Shown here in pieces: positions 45,129-54,457 of a DNA stretch of 64,000 bases. The position numbers and the translations under genes were made by a program. The notes beneath the pieces are model-generated. The model was given only the letters and a program-made list of their open reading frames with translations, ran no database searches and had not been told where the DNA came from. The stretch's first letter is position 1. Each line of letters opens with the position of its first letter. The stretch is from the IMG/VR virus record IMGVR_UViG_3300044638_000550. One strand, written 5' to 3'. The stretch is from an uncultured virus (IMG/VR IMGVR_UViG_3300044638_000550) (taxonomy: Duplodnaviria; Heunggongvirae; Uroviricota; Caudoviricetes).

Positions 45129-45389
45129 ATGACAACTTCTACACAATCCAGCCGCAACGTGTCCATGTATGGTTTTGAGGATATTGACGCTTACATTGAG
45201 TCAGTCAAAGAATCTATCACTTACCAATTCACAGGCGGCAACATGGTTGTTGCTGGCCTTATGTCTGACGCTCAAGAGTTAATGACAAGAGACACAGAAC
45301 GTGCCAGACAAACCCTCAACATTGCCAAAACCATCCTGTTCAAAATCATGGATGGCGAATTAGTTGGCACACAACCATCACGCATTTAA
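45129..45389 (+). CDS. Early hypothetical protein
   Basis: Follows cassette B3. Confidence 0.7.
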   Translation: MTTSTQSSRNVSMYGFEDIDAYIESVKESITYQFTGGNMVVAGLMSDAQELMTRDTERARQTLNIAKTILFKIMDGELVGTQPSRI

Positions 45390-45401
45390 AGGAGAAACAA
45401 A

Positions 45402-45599
45402 ATGATTATCAACGGATATACACCAAAAGAATTTGCAAGTGACTTGGTAATTGGATGGATTCAAAACATCTATAACTTTAAAACAGCCGATCTTGATGAT
45501 TTGACTGAAAGCCAACAAAAGCAAGTGAAATTGCAATTAGCAAAAATTCACAAAAAACTTTTAGATTCAACAAAACTTGATGCAGTTTATTTAGATTAA
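45402..45599 (+). CDS. Early hypothetical protein
   Basis: AAGGAG RBS. Confidence 0.7.
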   Translation: MIINGYTPKEFASDLVIGWIQNIYNFKTADLDDLTESQQKQVKLQLAKIHKKLLDSTKLDAVYLD

Positions 45600-45632
45600 C
45601 CAAGCAGGGCTTCGGCCCTCCAAGGAAACCAA

Positions 45633-45905
45633 ATGACTGAATTCAAACTCCACTATTACTTTGATGACGTTGTGTCTTATGACAATGGCACAACGCTTGA
45701 GAATGTCAAAGTCGGCTATGACTACTACCCCGCAGAAATCAATATGCCCCATGACCACAACTCAGCGGAAATCTACGATGTGTTTATCTTTAACTTAAAA
45801 GGTGATGACATTTCTTGTGATCTGCCCTTATCAGAATTTCAACACATCATGTCTGAAACCAAGATTCACCACGCTCGTATGCTGAAAGAACAAAATGAAA
45901 TCTAA
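45633..45905 (+). CDS. Conserved acidic early protein (B)
   Basis: Homolog of 11103-11375. Confidence 0.8.
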   Translation: MTEFKLHYYFDDVVSYDNGTTLENVKVGYDYYPAEINMPHDHNSAEIYDVFIFNLKGDDISCDLPLSEFQHIMSETKIHHARMLKEQNEI

Positions 45906-45987
45906 GATTATCCAAACACTTGTTGAGTGCTTTTTAGCCATCGTCATCTTTGGCGGTATTGGTGTACTTTTAGCCTGGCGGGGGTAA
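45895..45987 (+). CDS. 30-aa membrane peptide (B)
   Basis: MKSKIIQTLVECFLAIVIFGGIGVLLAWRG. Confidence 0.7.
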   Translation: MKSKIIQTLVECFLAIVIFGGIGVLLAWRG

Positions 45988-45989
45988 GC

Positions 45990-46175
45990 ATGATTGACCA
46001 ACTAAAAGATTACTTCCGCTTGCCATCGGCTAATGAGTTGGCGGTTAAAGAACTTGAAATGGCACATAGAAAGCTGCTAGTGGCTCTCAGCGCCCAAGAA
46101 TATGCAAAGCGTATGTGTGACTACCACTCAGACCGAATCAAACGCCTAACGGCTTATTTAAAGGAAGAAGCATGA
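45990..46175 (+). CDS. Helical hypothetical protein (B only)
   Basis: MIDQLKDYFRLPSA...; ATGA coupling to sak. Confidence 0.65.
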   Translation: MIDQLKDYFRLPSANELAVKELEMAHRKLLVALSAQEYAKRMCDYHSDRIKRLTAYLKEEA

Positions 46176-46726
46176 ACGTCCAAGAATTACTTAAACTGAA
46201 TGTCAATGAACATACAGAAAAGAAAGCAAACCTAACTTATCTGTCATGGGCTTGGGCATGGGCTGAAGCACTCAAGGCCGATGCTAAAGCCACGTTCAAA
46301 GTAGAAATGTTTGGCGACAAATGTTTCATGGACATCAACGGCACGGCAATGGTTTGGGTTACGGTCACCATGTTTGACAAACCAATGACTTGCCAGCTAC
46401 CCGTGATGGATCACCGCAACAAAGCCATTCAAAGCCCCGATGCTTTCCAAGTCAACACCGCCATCATGCGTTGCATGACCAAAGCACTTAGCTTGCATGG
46501 TCTTGGTCTATATTTGTATAGCGGTGACGATCTGCCATCTTTTGTAGAGCCTGAGTCAACCATTGACCCAGATAGCATGACAGACTTGTTTTTGGCCATC
46601 CACAACGCTAAGACGCAAGACGAATTGAAGTTGGCCTACAAAATAGCTTACTCGGCTTGTGATGGCGACAAGGCTTGGCAGATTAAAGTGATTGCAGCTA
46701 AAGATGAAGCAAAGGGGAAATTATGA
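46172..46726 (+). CDS. sak: Sak/Rad52-like (DUF1071) annealing protein
   Basis: LTYLSWAWAW, LPVMD.RNK, N.AIMRC..KA...GLGLYLY motifs. Confidence 0.85.
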   Translation: MNVQELLKLNVNEHTEKKANLTYLSWAWAWAEALKADAKATFKVEMFGDKCFMDINGTAMVWVTVTMFDKPMTCQLPVMDHRNKAIQSPDAFQVNTAIMRCMTKALSLHGLGLYLYSGDDLPSFVEPESTIDPDSMTDLFLAIHNAKTQDELKLAYKIAYSACDGDKAWQIKVIAAKDEAKGKL

Positions 46727-47349
46727 TTGAAATGATTGAACAACGCTCAGACCAATGGTTTGCAGCACGAATTGGCAAAGTCACCGCATCCCGTGTGGCC
46801 GATGTGCTTGCCAAGACTAAAACGGGCTATTCGGCAACCCGTGACAACTACATGGCTCAATTGGTATGTGAACGCCTAACGGGTGAAAAGGGAGAGAGTT
46901 TTACCAATGCTGCTATGCAACACGGCACAGAAACAGAACCCCTAGCCAGAGCAGCTTATGAGGCGCTTAAAGACGTTTTAGTTGATGAAGTGGGGTTTGT
47001 GCCTCACCCATCAATAATCATGGCGGGTGCGTCCCCTGATGGGCTTGTGGGGGACGATGGCTTGCTAGAAATCAAATGCCCCAACACCGCCACGCACATT
47101 GAGACTTTGTTGTCTCAAACCGTGCCAGGCAAGTACAACACGCAAATGCAATTCCAAATGGCTTGCACGAACCGTAGCTGGTGTGACTTTGTGTCTTTTG
47201 ACAATCGTCTGCCCCAAGAACTTCAATTGTTTGTTAAACGTGTCCCAAGGGACAATATGTATATCAGGCTAATGGAAGAAGAAATTGTCAAATTCTTAAA
47301 TGAACTTGACATCAAAATTGCTCAACTTATGGAAATTAAAAATGTCTAA
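46723..47349 (+). CDS. YqaJ/lambda-type exonuclease (B)
   Basis: Homolog of 12167-12793. Confidence 0.93.
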   Translation: MIEMIEQRSDQWFAARIGKVTASRVADVLAKTKTGYSATRDNYMAQLVCERLTGEKGESFTNAAMQHGTETEPLARAAYEALKDVLVDEVGFVPHPSIIMAGASPDGLVGDDGLLEIKCPNTATHIETLLSQTVPGKYNTQMQFQMACTNRSWCDFVSFDNRLPQELQLFVKRVPRDNMYIRLMEEEIVKFLNELDIKIAQLMEIKNV

Positions 47350-47581
47350 ACTTTACGAAATTACCGTTGTATCGGGTAAATACAAAAACAAAGAGGGTGT
47401 GGAAAAATCACGCTATCAAACCATTGGCTCGGTTATTGAAACAAAGAACGGCCCAATGCTTAAACTTGATAGCATCCCACTTCCCGATGGCGGTTGGAAC
47501 GGTTGGGCTTATCTAAACACCCCAAAGCCAAAAGAGGAATATAAAGGTTTGCCACGGGACGATGAAGAAATCCCATTCTAA
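47342..47581 (+). CDS. Small SSB-like protein (B)
   Basis: EEIPF tail; homolog of 12786-13025. Confidence 0.65.
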   Translation: MSKLYEITVVSGKYKNKEGVEKSRYQTIGSVIETKNGPMLKLDSIPLPDGGWNGWAYLNTPKPKEEYKGLPRDDEEIPF

Positions 47582-47586
47582 TTAAC

Positions 47587-47643
47587 GGGGGGAACGCTGT
47601 GCAAAGGATTTTCCTAGCTTGCAGACGAGCAGCTAGTACCCCC
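47587..47643 (+). ncRNA. Loop-E-containing structured RNA (B)
   Basis: Covaries with 13551-13599; extra AGGA/TCCT hairpin. Confidence 0.65.
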
Positions 47644-47661
47644 ACCAAATAAGGAAACATC

Positions 47662-47988
47662 ATGGACTATAAAGAAACATTTAAACGCATTTTTGCCATG
47701 CCTGAATTCCCAAGAGTTCGTGCAAATGATCCCCTTACATCGTTTGAGGCAGCGGAATCAATCAAAGACTCTGTGTCTCAGCACCACCAAACTATTTTGG
47801 ATTGCCTTCAAAAACACGGTGCTTTGGGCAAAGATGGCATTTCAGCCCGTACAAACTTAGATGGCAATCAAGTGGCTAGGCGACTCAACGAAATGAAAGT
47901 TATTGGGCTTATCCAATTGACGGGCAACACGGTTAAATCAAACTCAGGCAGAAACGAAAGAGAATGGCAATGTATCCACTTGGACTAA
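47662..47988 (+). CDS. Winged-helix protein (B)
   Basis: Homolog of 13617-13937. Confidence 0.7.
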   Translation: MDYKETFKRIFAMPEFPRVRANDPLTSFEAAESIKDSVSQHHQTILDCLQKHGALGKDGISARTNLDGNQVARRLNEMKVIGLIQLTGNTVKSNSGRNEREWQCIHLD

Positions 47989-48158
47989 ATGGCAATCAAC
48001 CCGTCCACAAATTACGATCTTGTAATAAGTGTGATGAAGTCAAACCACCCGAGGGGGGGATTGACATGGGGCATAAATGGATTTGCCAAAGTTGTTGGAT
48101 TTCTAGGAAAATAGGCCGACACCAAAGGAATACAAATGACCAAAGACGATCTAATTAG
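47964..48158 (+). CDS. Small zinc-finger protein (B)
   Basis: Homolog of 13913-14104. Confidence 0.6.
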   Translation: MAMYPLGLNGNQPVHKLRSCNKCDEVKPPEGGIDMGHKWICQSCWISRKIGRHQRNTNDQRRSN

Positions 48159-48330
48159 TTTGCTACGCATCACGGGCGCTCAAGAAGCCTCCATAGACGC
48201 TGTATGCGCTGCTTACGATGCGGGTTGGAACGATGCCCTTGATGACTACGTTAAACGCTTAGAGGCGCTTTCTTTTGGCAAAGACACGATAGACAGTTTT
48301 TCGGTGTTTATCAGGTCAGCTAAGAAATAG
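48136..48330 (+). CDS. Hypothetical protein (B)
   Basis: Homolog of 14137-14331. Confidence 0.7.
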   Translation: MTKDDLISLLRITGAQEASIDAVCAAYDAGWNDALDDYVKRLEALSFGKDTIDSFSVFIRSAKK

Positions 48331-48792
48331 CGCTCTTTCATCAATTCTGCGCTTTTGCAAACCTTTTAGGACTTTGCCACCCGCCATGCAATATTTTAGA
48401 AGTTCCTCGGCAGCGCCCGCCATATCGCCACGCAACACCTTTTGACGTAAGGTTGACCTTTGTAGAGTGCCAAGACCTACATTGAAAGAAAATGAAACGA
48501 GCGAATCAAACTGTCCTTGAGTAAGAGGCACAGGGCAATAAGTAGCCACTCCTTTCTCAAACCTAGCAAGATCAGCCCTAAGAATTGCATTTACTTCTTC
48601 TTTTGAAAACGCTCGATTATCTTCTTGAGCCAAAGGGAAACCGCCTCTTTGATCAATTGGCATCTTGCCTTGATTTGGGTAAAGAACATGACCTACTCCT
48701 ATTGTCCATAACTTAGCTGGGCATTGATACGGTTTAAATCTTACACCCTCATGGTGCTTGATCATTTCAATTGTTTTAGAACTGACGTTCAT
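48316..48792 (-). CDS. Endolysin, GH24 lysozyme (divergent from A)
   Basis: HEG....YQCPA..WTIGVGH, FNVG, GL..RR..E. Confidence 0.93.
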   Translation of the reverse strand: MNVSSKTIEMIKHHEGVRFKPYQCPAKLWTIGVGHVLYPNQGKMPIDQRGGFPLAQEDNRAFSKEEVNAILRADLARFEKGVATYCPVPLTQGQFDSLVSFSFNVGLGTLQRSTLRQKVLRGDMAGAAEELLKYCMAGGKVLKGLQKRRIDERALFLS

Positions 48793-49304
48793 TTGCCAAA
48801 GGCTCTGCCGCCAAAGTGGAAAGCAATGATGGAAGCAAACAAGGCCTGGGTGTCAGAGTCCCACAACATTTCAGCCAAATCCACAAATGTTGCACCGCTA
48901 TGCCATCCATACGCAAACAAGCCAACATCTACAAACAACAACAAGAAAAAGAAACCGTAAGTGATGACAGGGCGAACAGAAGCCCTTAGATTCCTCATCC
49001 AAGGTGATGTGCCTTCATTTAGGCTTGTGTCATGGGCATAGATTGCCGACATTTCGGCTTGTTGTGCGCCAATCAAAATTTGTTGAGTGTTAGCAGCGCT
49101 CTCAGTAGCCAATTGTTCAGACCTGATGTTTTCAATTCTTTCCTGTGCTTCAAACCCCGCCTTACGCAATTCCAACTCACGGGTTATTTGCATTTGAGCC
49201 AAAGCCAACTCATGTAGCTTGTCGGCTCGATCTTGAAAGAAATCTAAAATCTTTGGCAAACCGCCCATTAAAAAAGAAATCAAGGTTGAGAGTAGTGTCA
49301 GCAT
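48789..49304 (-). CDS. Holin-like membrane protein (B)
   Basis: SVRP motif, TM segments, FHFGGR end. Confidence 0.65.
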   Translation of the reverse strand: MLTLLSTLISFLMGGLPKILDFFQDRADKLHELALAQMQITRELELRKAGFEAQERIENIRSEQLATESAANTQQILIGAQQAEMSAIYAHDTSLNEGTSPWMRNLRASVRPVITYGFFFLLLFVDVGLFAYGWHSGATFVDLAEMLWDSDTQALFASIIAFHFGGRAFGK

Positions 49305-49567
49305 TTGGAGTCCTTTTTATCATCGTTTTGCATAAGTTTGATACCACTCAGGAATCCAATCATGCCTCCGATAAGAGTAGAAAAAGCGGGTGAAATCATT
49401 TTGAAAATCTCTGCGTTGTCCACTTCCTTTGCCCACAAGCCCAACATAAAGCTGACCACCATGGCCAACACGGAGATACATAGGGTTGTGCTTACCATGA
49501 GGGTGACGTATAGCGTCAGCTTGTCTCTGGTGTCTGGTGTCGTTTTGGGCGTTGGTTTCTTGGTCAT
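49298..49567 (-). CDS. Two-TM small protein (B only)
   Basis: Two hydrophobic segments, in lysis cluster. Confidence 0.65.
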   Translation of the reverse strand: MTKKPTPKTTPDTRDKLTLYVTLMVSTTLCISVLAMVVSFMLGLWAKEVDNAEIFKMISPAFSTLIGGMIGFLSGIKLMQNDDKKDSKC

Positions 49568-49803
49568 ACAAGGGCATCAATTTGTCGTTTCAGATTGGTA
49601 ATGTCAATGTTTATCGTAATCTGTCGCATTCTGTACTCATAAATTTCATACTCATATTGATGAAACTTTTTGACTTGTTGGTCAATTTGCACTTGCACCG
49701 CCCGTTCAGCGTCTAATCTTTCCACCCGCTTGGCAAACGCTTCTGTTTGGATTGCATGGTTTGGCTGAACTATTGGATACCATTTGTCGTAACTGATCTT
49801 CAC
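49564..49803 (-). CDS. Coiled-coil hypothetical protein (B)
   Basis: KWYPIVQP motif. Confidence 0.65.
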   Translation of the reverse strand: MKISYDKWYPIVQPNHAIQTEAFAKRVERLDAERAVQVQIDQQVKKFHQYEYEIYEYRMRQITINIDITNLKRQIDALV

Positions 49804-50087
49804 TTCTTTTCCCGATCAAGCGCATCTTTGTACCCGTAAATTATCTTTGATCTAAGTATTACCGTGTCAGCCGTTCCCGCCCAATCAGGCAAATTGTTCC
49901 ACATCAACACATAATCTGTTGTCTTGCAATGCTCTGCGTTGTGAATCAACCATGCAAGCATCTCCTTGTGCCGTTCTGTTGGGTCATGGACGGTGTAGCC
50001 AATTCCATAGAATTCTCTAACGTAACACCCGTTCTTGGCTACCGCACCTACTAGCCCAAACAACAAAAGCAGAATGAGCCAACGCAT
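49800..50087 (-). CDS. Small secreted protein (B)
   Basis: Homolog of 16225-16509. Confidence 0.7.
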   Translation of the reverse strand: MRWLILLLLFGLVGAVAKNGCYVREFYGIGYTVHDPTERHKEMLAWLIHNAEHCKTTDYVLMWNNLPDWAGTADTVILRSKIIYGYKDALDREKK

Positions 50088-50091
50088 TCAT

Positions 50092-50295
50092 TTACTTTGA
50101 CCAATAGTGTGAAATGTAACCAAAGATTGAGGAAACGCCCGACACAAGCGCCATGCCCATCCAAAAGCCACCACGCCCCTTGTTTGCTAAAGCAATGAGG
50201 GTTTCCATGTTGGCTTCTAGCTTGTCAATCTTGGCTTCCATTGATTCAACTTTTTGCCAAAGCACACCATACTTGACCAAATCAATGTCGGACAT
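50092..50295 (-). CDS. Coiled-coil plus TM protein (B)
   Basis: Homolog of 16514-16717. Confidence 0.7.
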   Translation of the reverse strand: MSDIDLVKYGVLWQKVESMEAKIDKLEANMETLIALANKGRGGFWMGMALVSGVSSIFGYISHYWSK

Positions 50296-50296
50296 A

Positions 50297-50839
50297 TCAG
50301 GCCTTTTGGATAAACGCAAGCGCATAGTACAAAGGCAAAGTAGCACCGCCTGAAGTCACCACGGCAGAAGTGAAACCGCCCGTGTTGCCAACAGCATAAG
50401 AGTTACCCGCACCAATCACAAACCGATCACGCAAGTCGGGTGTGCCGTTAGAGCCATTGCAAAGGTAATAGCCAACGGGGATTGATCCAATTGAACCCGA
50501 CCACATGATGATGCTTCCCGATGGGATTGGGTTGGTGCTTGCCGCAGTTCCCAAGATGCCATAAAGGTTGTCGTATGTGGCAATCTGCACGTTGGCAGAG
50601 TCGGTCAAAATGAACTTATAGGAAAAGCCCTCGGTCAACCAAATTTCTTGTGGAGGGCGACCGCTTGTCCCCAACTGAATAGGGTTGGTGTTAGCAATCG
50701 TACCCGCTGAAGTCGTGTAAGTTGTCAACGGGGTGCTTGAACCCGCTTGGTAGGTATAGATAAACCCACCATCTAACGGGATGCCCGTGTTGGTAAAGAA
50801 TTGAAAACCGTTACCGATAGGTGCAAGATTGACTGCCAT
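50297..50839 (-). CDS. Tail adaptor with collar domain (B)
   Basis: Homolog of 16719-17261. Confidence 0.75.
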   Translation of the reverse strand: MAVNLAPIGNGFQFFTNTGIPLDGGFIYTYQAGSSTPLTTYTTSAGTIANTNPIQLGTSGRPPQEIWLTEGFSYKFILTDSANVQIATYDNLYGILGTAASTNPIPSGSIIMWSGSIGSIPVGYYLCNGSNGTPDLRDRFVIGAGNSYAVGNTGGFTSAVVTSGGATLPLYYALAFIQKA

Positions 50840-50840
50840 T

Positions 50841-52946
50841 TTATTTTCCTAAGTCTGAAAGTTTAGTACCAGCGCCAGGCTTCAAAGATTCTTTAGTCTG
50901 CTTTGCTGCGGCTCTGTTTGCCAAGGCTTCACGGGTCATTGTGCCAATAGGAACAACGCCAAATCCTGCCACATTAGCGGCTTTTTCTAACCCGCCTTTA
51001 GCCATTTCTTTAGCACCCGCCACAAATGTGTTGGATTGGTTAACATAGCTTCCACGGGGTTGTGCTTGGGTATATCTAGCCACGTTACCCAAAGCCCTAA
51101 GTTGTTGGGCAGTCTCACCATCAACTAATTCTAGCAATCTAGGGTCAAGTTGTTTAAGCGCTTTGTTATACCCTGCTTGGCTAAAGTTACCGTTATCATT
51201 TATGACACCAGCTTTATCTTTAAGATAATTGACAACAGCCGCAGACACGGCTTGATGGCCTTCTGAACCCTTACCAAGTTGTGCAGTCAACGCTTCTAAA
51301 TCACGCTTGTTGCCACCAATAATGTATTTGGCAATAAACTTATCAGGTACGGCATCATTAACCGCAGCGTCATAAGCTGGGTCTTTTTTCAGCATATCAA
51401 ATCTAGCTTTAGCCGCACTTCTAGCTTCATTTGCCAAAGGCTTGAGGGCTTCAGCTTCACCAGACAAAGGTAGTTCTTCCAATGCCGTGCGAACAATACT
51501 AGATGCAGTTTTAGCGTTACCATCACCTGAACGCTCTGCTTTACGCATCTCTGCTGCCAAGTTAGTTCTCATGGCCTCGAAGTTTTCAAACGTCATTGTC
51601 TCGCCATTTTTGTAGCGTTCTAATTGTTTGGCAATAGCAGGGGGCAAGAAATCTGTTTTAAGGTCTTTGCCCAACATCTTTTCAGCATTAGTGGCAAATT
51701 GTTTTCCATCAATAGGAAAGTCACCACCAGCGGCATCTCTAAGCGCTTTGTATTTGGCAGAAATGTCAGCAGTTCTTGTGTCATCAAGTGCTTTGTAAGC
51801 ATTGATTACAGTCTCAGCATTTTCAATGTAGTTTGTGCCATAAACATCAGGGGCGGCTTTGTCCCTGATAGCATTCATGTTTTCAATCAATTTACCGTTT
51901 TGTTCATTAAAACGATTAGCCAAATCAGGGTTTTTGCCCCTCATGTTCATTTCGTCAGATAGCAAATTGATATCTTGTGTGGCTTGTCCACGGGTTAAAC
52001 GAACAGGCACAGGCAACGTATCAGCCTCAACATGGCGCTCAAGGGCGGGCATATTAAGTTGATTGATTTGTGTAGATCGTATTTCGTTTTGCAGTTCAGG
52101 ACTTACTTTGGCAAGAATTGCATTAATAGCCGCTTGATCAGTCGTAGCCGCTGCGCCCGCACTTTGCAAACCACGTTTGGCTTCAAACTGTTTTTGTATT
52201 TCTAATTCGCCAACGCCAAGCTGTTTGCCAATAGCGCTTGGTATTTGTTTGCTTGCTTGAGCAGCTTGACCAACGGCTTGTTGCGCTTGTTGACTAGCAG
52301 GGCCAGCTAACGGTGCAAATCCCATAACTTCAGGCACACCCACAGGCGGTAACTTACTAGCTTCAAATGCTTTTTGTAAGTTTTGCACATATTGCTGACC
52401 TGTTTGAGTGCGGGGCTGATAAGTACCGCCCTCTTGAAGCCTACGGGCTATGTCCTGACCCGCTTGAATGCCTTGCTGAGTGCCATACTTACCGCTTGTC
52501 ATTGTGCCAACAATACCACCAAGGGCACTTACAGGCGCAGCAACGCTACCAGAAAGGGCGGTCAACCCTGCCTCACCAGCGCCCACAATTTTTTCGCCTA
52601 AAGCCTTTTTGCCTTCTTGCAATTTGTTATAAAACTGTGCAGCCAAAGGCAGTTCAGATTTCTTTTCAGCTTTCTTTTCCTCTTGCGTTTTTCCTGTGGG
52701 CGTTGTTTCCCACAGATCAGCCAAGGTTTGACCAGATGCTTGTTGCGTTTGTTGAACAGGCTGAACCTTGCCACCCATTTCACGGGTTAAAGAATCAATG
52801 TCTCTTTGCGCTCTTGGATCGCCTGATTGCAAGCGTTGCTGTGCTTTGGTCATCTCGTCTTGCAAGATAGCCATGCGGTCAACCTGACGGTTTTGCGGTG
52901 TTGCCGTTGCGGGGGCGGCATCCCAAAGTTCAGCAAGACTAGCCAT
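50841..52946 (-). CDS. DNA ejection protein (B)
   Basis: Homolog of 17264-19405 with swapped central segment. Confidence 0.65.
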   Translation of the reverse strand: MASLAELWDAAPATATPQNRQVDRMAILQDEMTKAQQRLQSGDPRAQRDIDSLTREMGGKVQPVQQTQQASGQTLADLWETTPTGKTQEEKKAEKKSELPLAAQFYNKLQEGKKALGEKIVGAGEAGLTALSGSVAAPVSALGGIVGTMTSGKYGTQQGIQAGQDIARRLQEGGTYQPRTQTGQQYVQNLQKAFEASKLPPVGVPEVMGFAPLAGPASQQAQQAVGQAAQASKQIPSAIGKQLGVGELEIQKQFEAKRGLQSAGAAATTDQAAINAILAKVSPELQNEIRSTQINQLNMPALERHVEADTLPVPVRLTRGQATQDINLLSDEMNMRGKNPDLANRFNEQNGKLIENMNAIRDKAAPDVYGTNYIENAETVINAYKALDDTRTADISAKYKALRDAAGGDFPIDGKQFATNAEKMLGKDLKTDFLPPAIAKQLERYKNGETMTFENFEAMRTNLAAEMRKAERSGDGNAKTASSIVRTALEELPLSGEAEALKPLANEARSAAKARFDMLKKDPAYDAAVNDAVPDKFIAKYIIGGNKRDLEALTAQLGKGSEGHQAVSAAVVNYLKDKAGVINDNGNFSQAGYNKALKQLDPRLLELVDGETAQQLRALGNVARYTQAQPRGSYVNQSNTFVAGAKEMAKGGLEKAANVAGFGVVPIGTMTREALANRAAAKQTKESLKPGAGTKLSDLGK

Positions 52947-54448
52947 TATTTAATAATCCCCAACATTTTTGCTTGCTGAATTTTTCTGCTCATGTCGGCA
53001 ATATCTTGTTTAGACATTGATGCTTTGAGTTTTGCCACCTGTTCAGGGGTCATTTCTTGGAAAATTCTAGGGTCAGCAAATTGATTAAACAATTGTGATT
53101 TTTCTTGATACTTTACAGGATCATTGCGGAATTGTCCCAAATACTCAGCACGTTTTTCTTTTAATCTTTCTACACCAATCATTTGGTCTGAAACTTCTTT
53201 AATAGCTTGTAAAGTCATCTTGCCGCTTGGATTGGCAATTTCAGCCATTGCCCTAGCCGCATCAGTATTACCGCCAGCCAATGCCAACAATCTTGTGTTT
53301 TTAGCTAATTCGTCTGTGGCGGTGTTTTCAGCCGTATAAGCATCAATACCCGCTGCGTTCAGAATACCCGCTGCCAATTTCTTACGTTCTGCACCAACAC
53401 CCGTAAAGCCTTCTGGTGCAATCTTTTTAATATTTTGAAAAATGGCAATTCTAGGTTGTGCTTCTTTTGATGCGTTATAAGTATCTTGCCAATCTTGGTT
53501 AGCAATGGTTGTGTTTGCACTAATCGTGCTTGCTATTTGTGGTGCAAGACCCGTAACCATTGGCGCTTGTTGTTTAGTAGCAGCAGATGGAGGAATGTAA
53601 GTTGTTCCAACAGGCAAACCATAAGGATTGCCTTCTACGGCTACTTGCGGTTGACCTGGCCCAATCGTCAAAGGCTCTGCACGACCCGTCATGCTTATGC
53701 TTGGGGCTTGTCCTGATGGACTCATTGGCGTTGTAAGAGTTTCTTTCAACTCGCTACCAGTATTGGTCAAACCAACTTTAGTCGCAAACTCCGCACGTTG
53801 TTGTGGGATAGACAATAACGATGCAGACTCAGCCATCAAGTCTTTTGTAATAGCTGGGCCAGCTTGGGCTTGTTTCAGCAAATCAATTCTTGAATTGATC
53901 ATGCGTTCTAAAGATGGGTTATCAGGATTGTTTTTTATTAAACCTTCATAAACTTTAATTATTTGTTTTGGATCGTTAACACCCATCAATCCTAATGAAT
54001 GATCTGTATTTCCAATAATAATTCGCTCAGATTGTGTCAAATCTTGTTTTGCTCTAGCCGCCTCTGTTTGGCTTTTGTGCAGTCCACTTAATGAACTAAT
54101 CACATCCGAACCCGTCAATGGGGCAATCTTTGGAATGACCGCATTGATCTTGTCCATGTCGATGCGACCATTGGTTTGCCAATTAGTGGGGTTGCTTGTG
54201 AACTCTTGAAGTTTTAAACGCTCATCATTCTTTTGACGCAAGACTTGGTTTTCAATTTGAGATTTTTCCAAAGCCAAAGGATTCATTTGCCTTGCTTGCT
54301 CAACTTCTAGCTGCGCTCTTTGCAAAAGCAAAGGATTTAATTGTTGTGCTTGTTGGAAGTTTTGCATTCCACTAGCCAAGTTCACCATGTCGCCAAGACT
54401 TGATGTTTGGGGCTTTGCGTAATTTACATTGAATGAAAGATCAGCCAT
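52946..54448 (-). CDS. DNA ejection protein (B)
   Basis: Homolog of 19405-20907. Confidence 0.65.
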   Translation of the reverse strand: MADLSFNVNYAKPQTSSLGDMVNLASGMQNFQQAQQLNPLLLQRAQLEVEQARQMNPLALEKSQIENQVLRQKNDERLKLQEFTSNPTNWQTNGRIDMDKINAVIPKIAPLTGSDVISSLSGLHKSQTEAARAKQDLTQSERIIIGNTDHSLGLMGVNDPKQIIKVYEGLIKNNPDNPSLERMINSRIDLLKQAQAGPAITKDLMAESASLLSIPQQRAEFATKVGLTNTGSELKETLTTPMSPSGQAPSISMTGRAEPLTIGPGQPQVAVEGNPYGLPVGTTYIPPSAATKQQAPMVTGLAPQIASTISANTTIANQDWQDTYNASKEAQPRIAIFQNIKKIAPEGFTGVGAERKKLAAGILNAAGIDAYTAENTATDELAKNTRLLALAGGNTDAARAMAEIANPSGKMTLQAIKEVSDQMIGVERLKEKRAEYLGQFRNDPVKYQEKSQLFNQFADPRIFQEMTPEQVAKLKASMSKQDIADMSRKIQQAKMLGIIK

Positions 54449-54457
54449 GATTTATCC

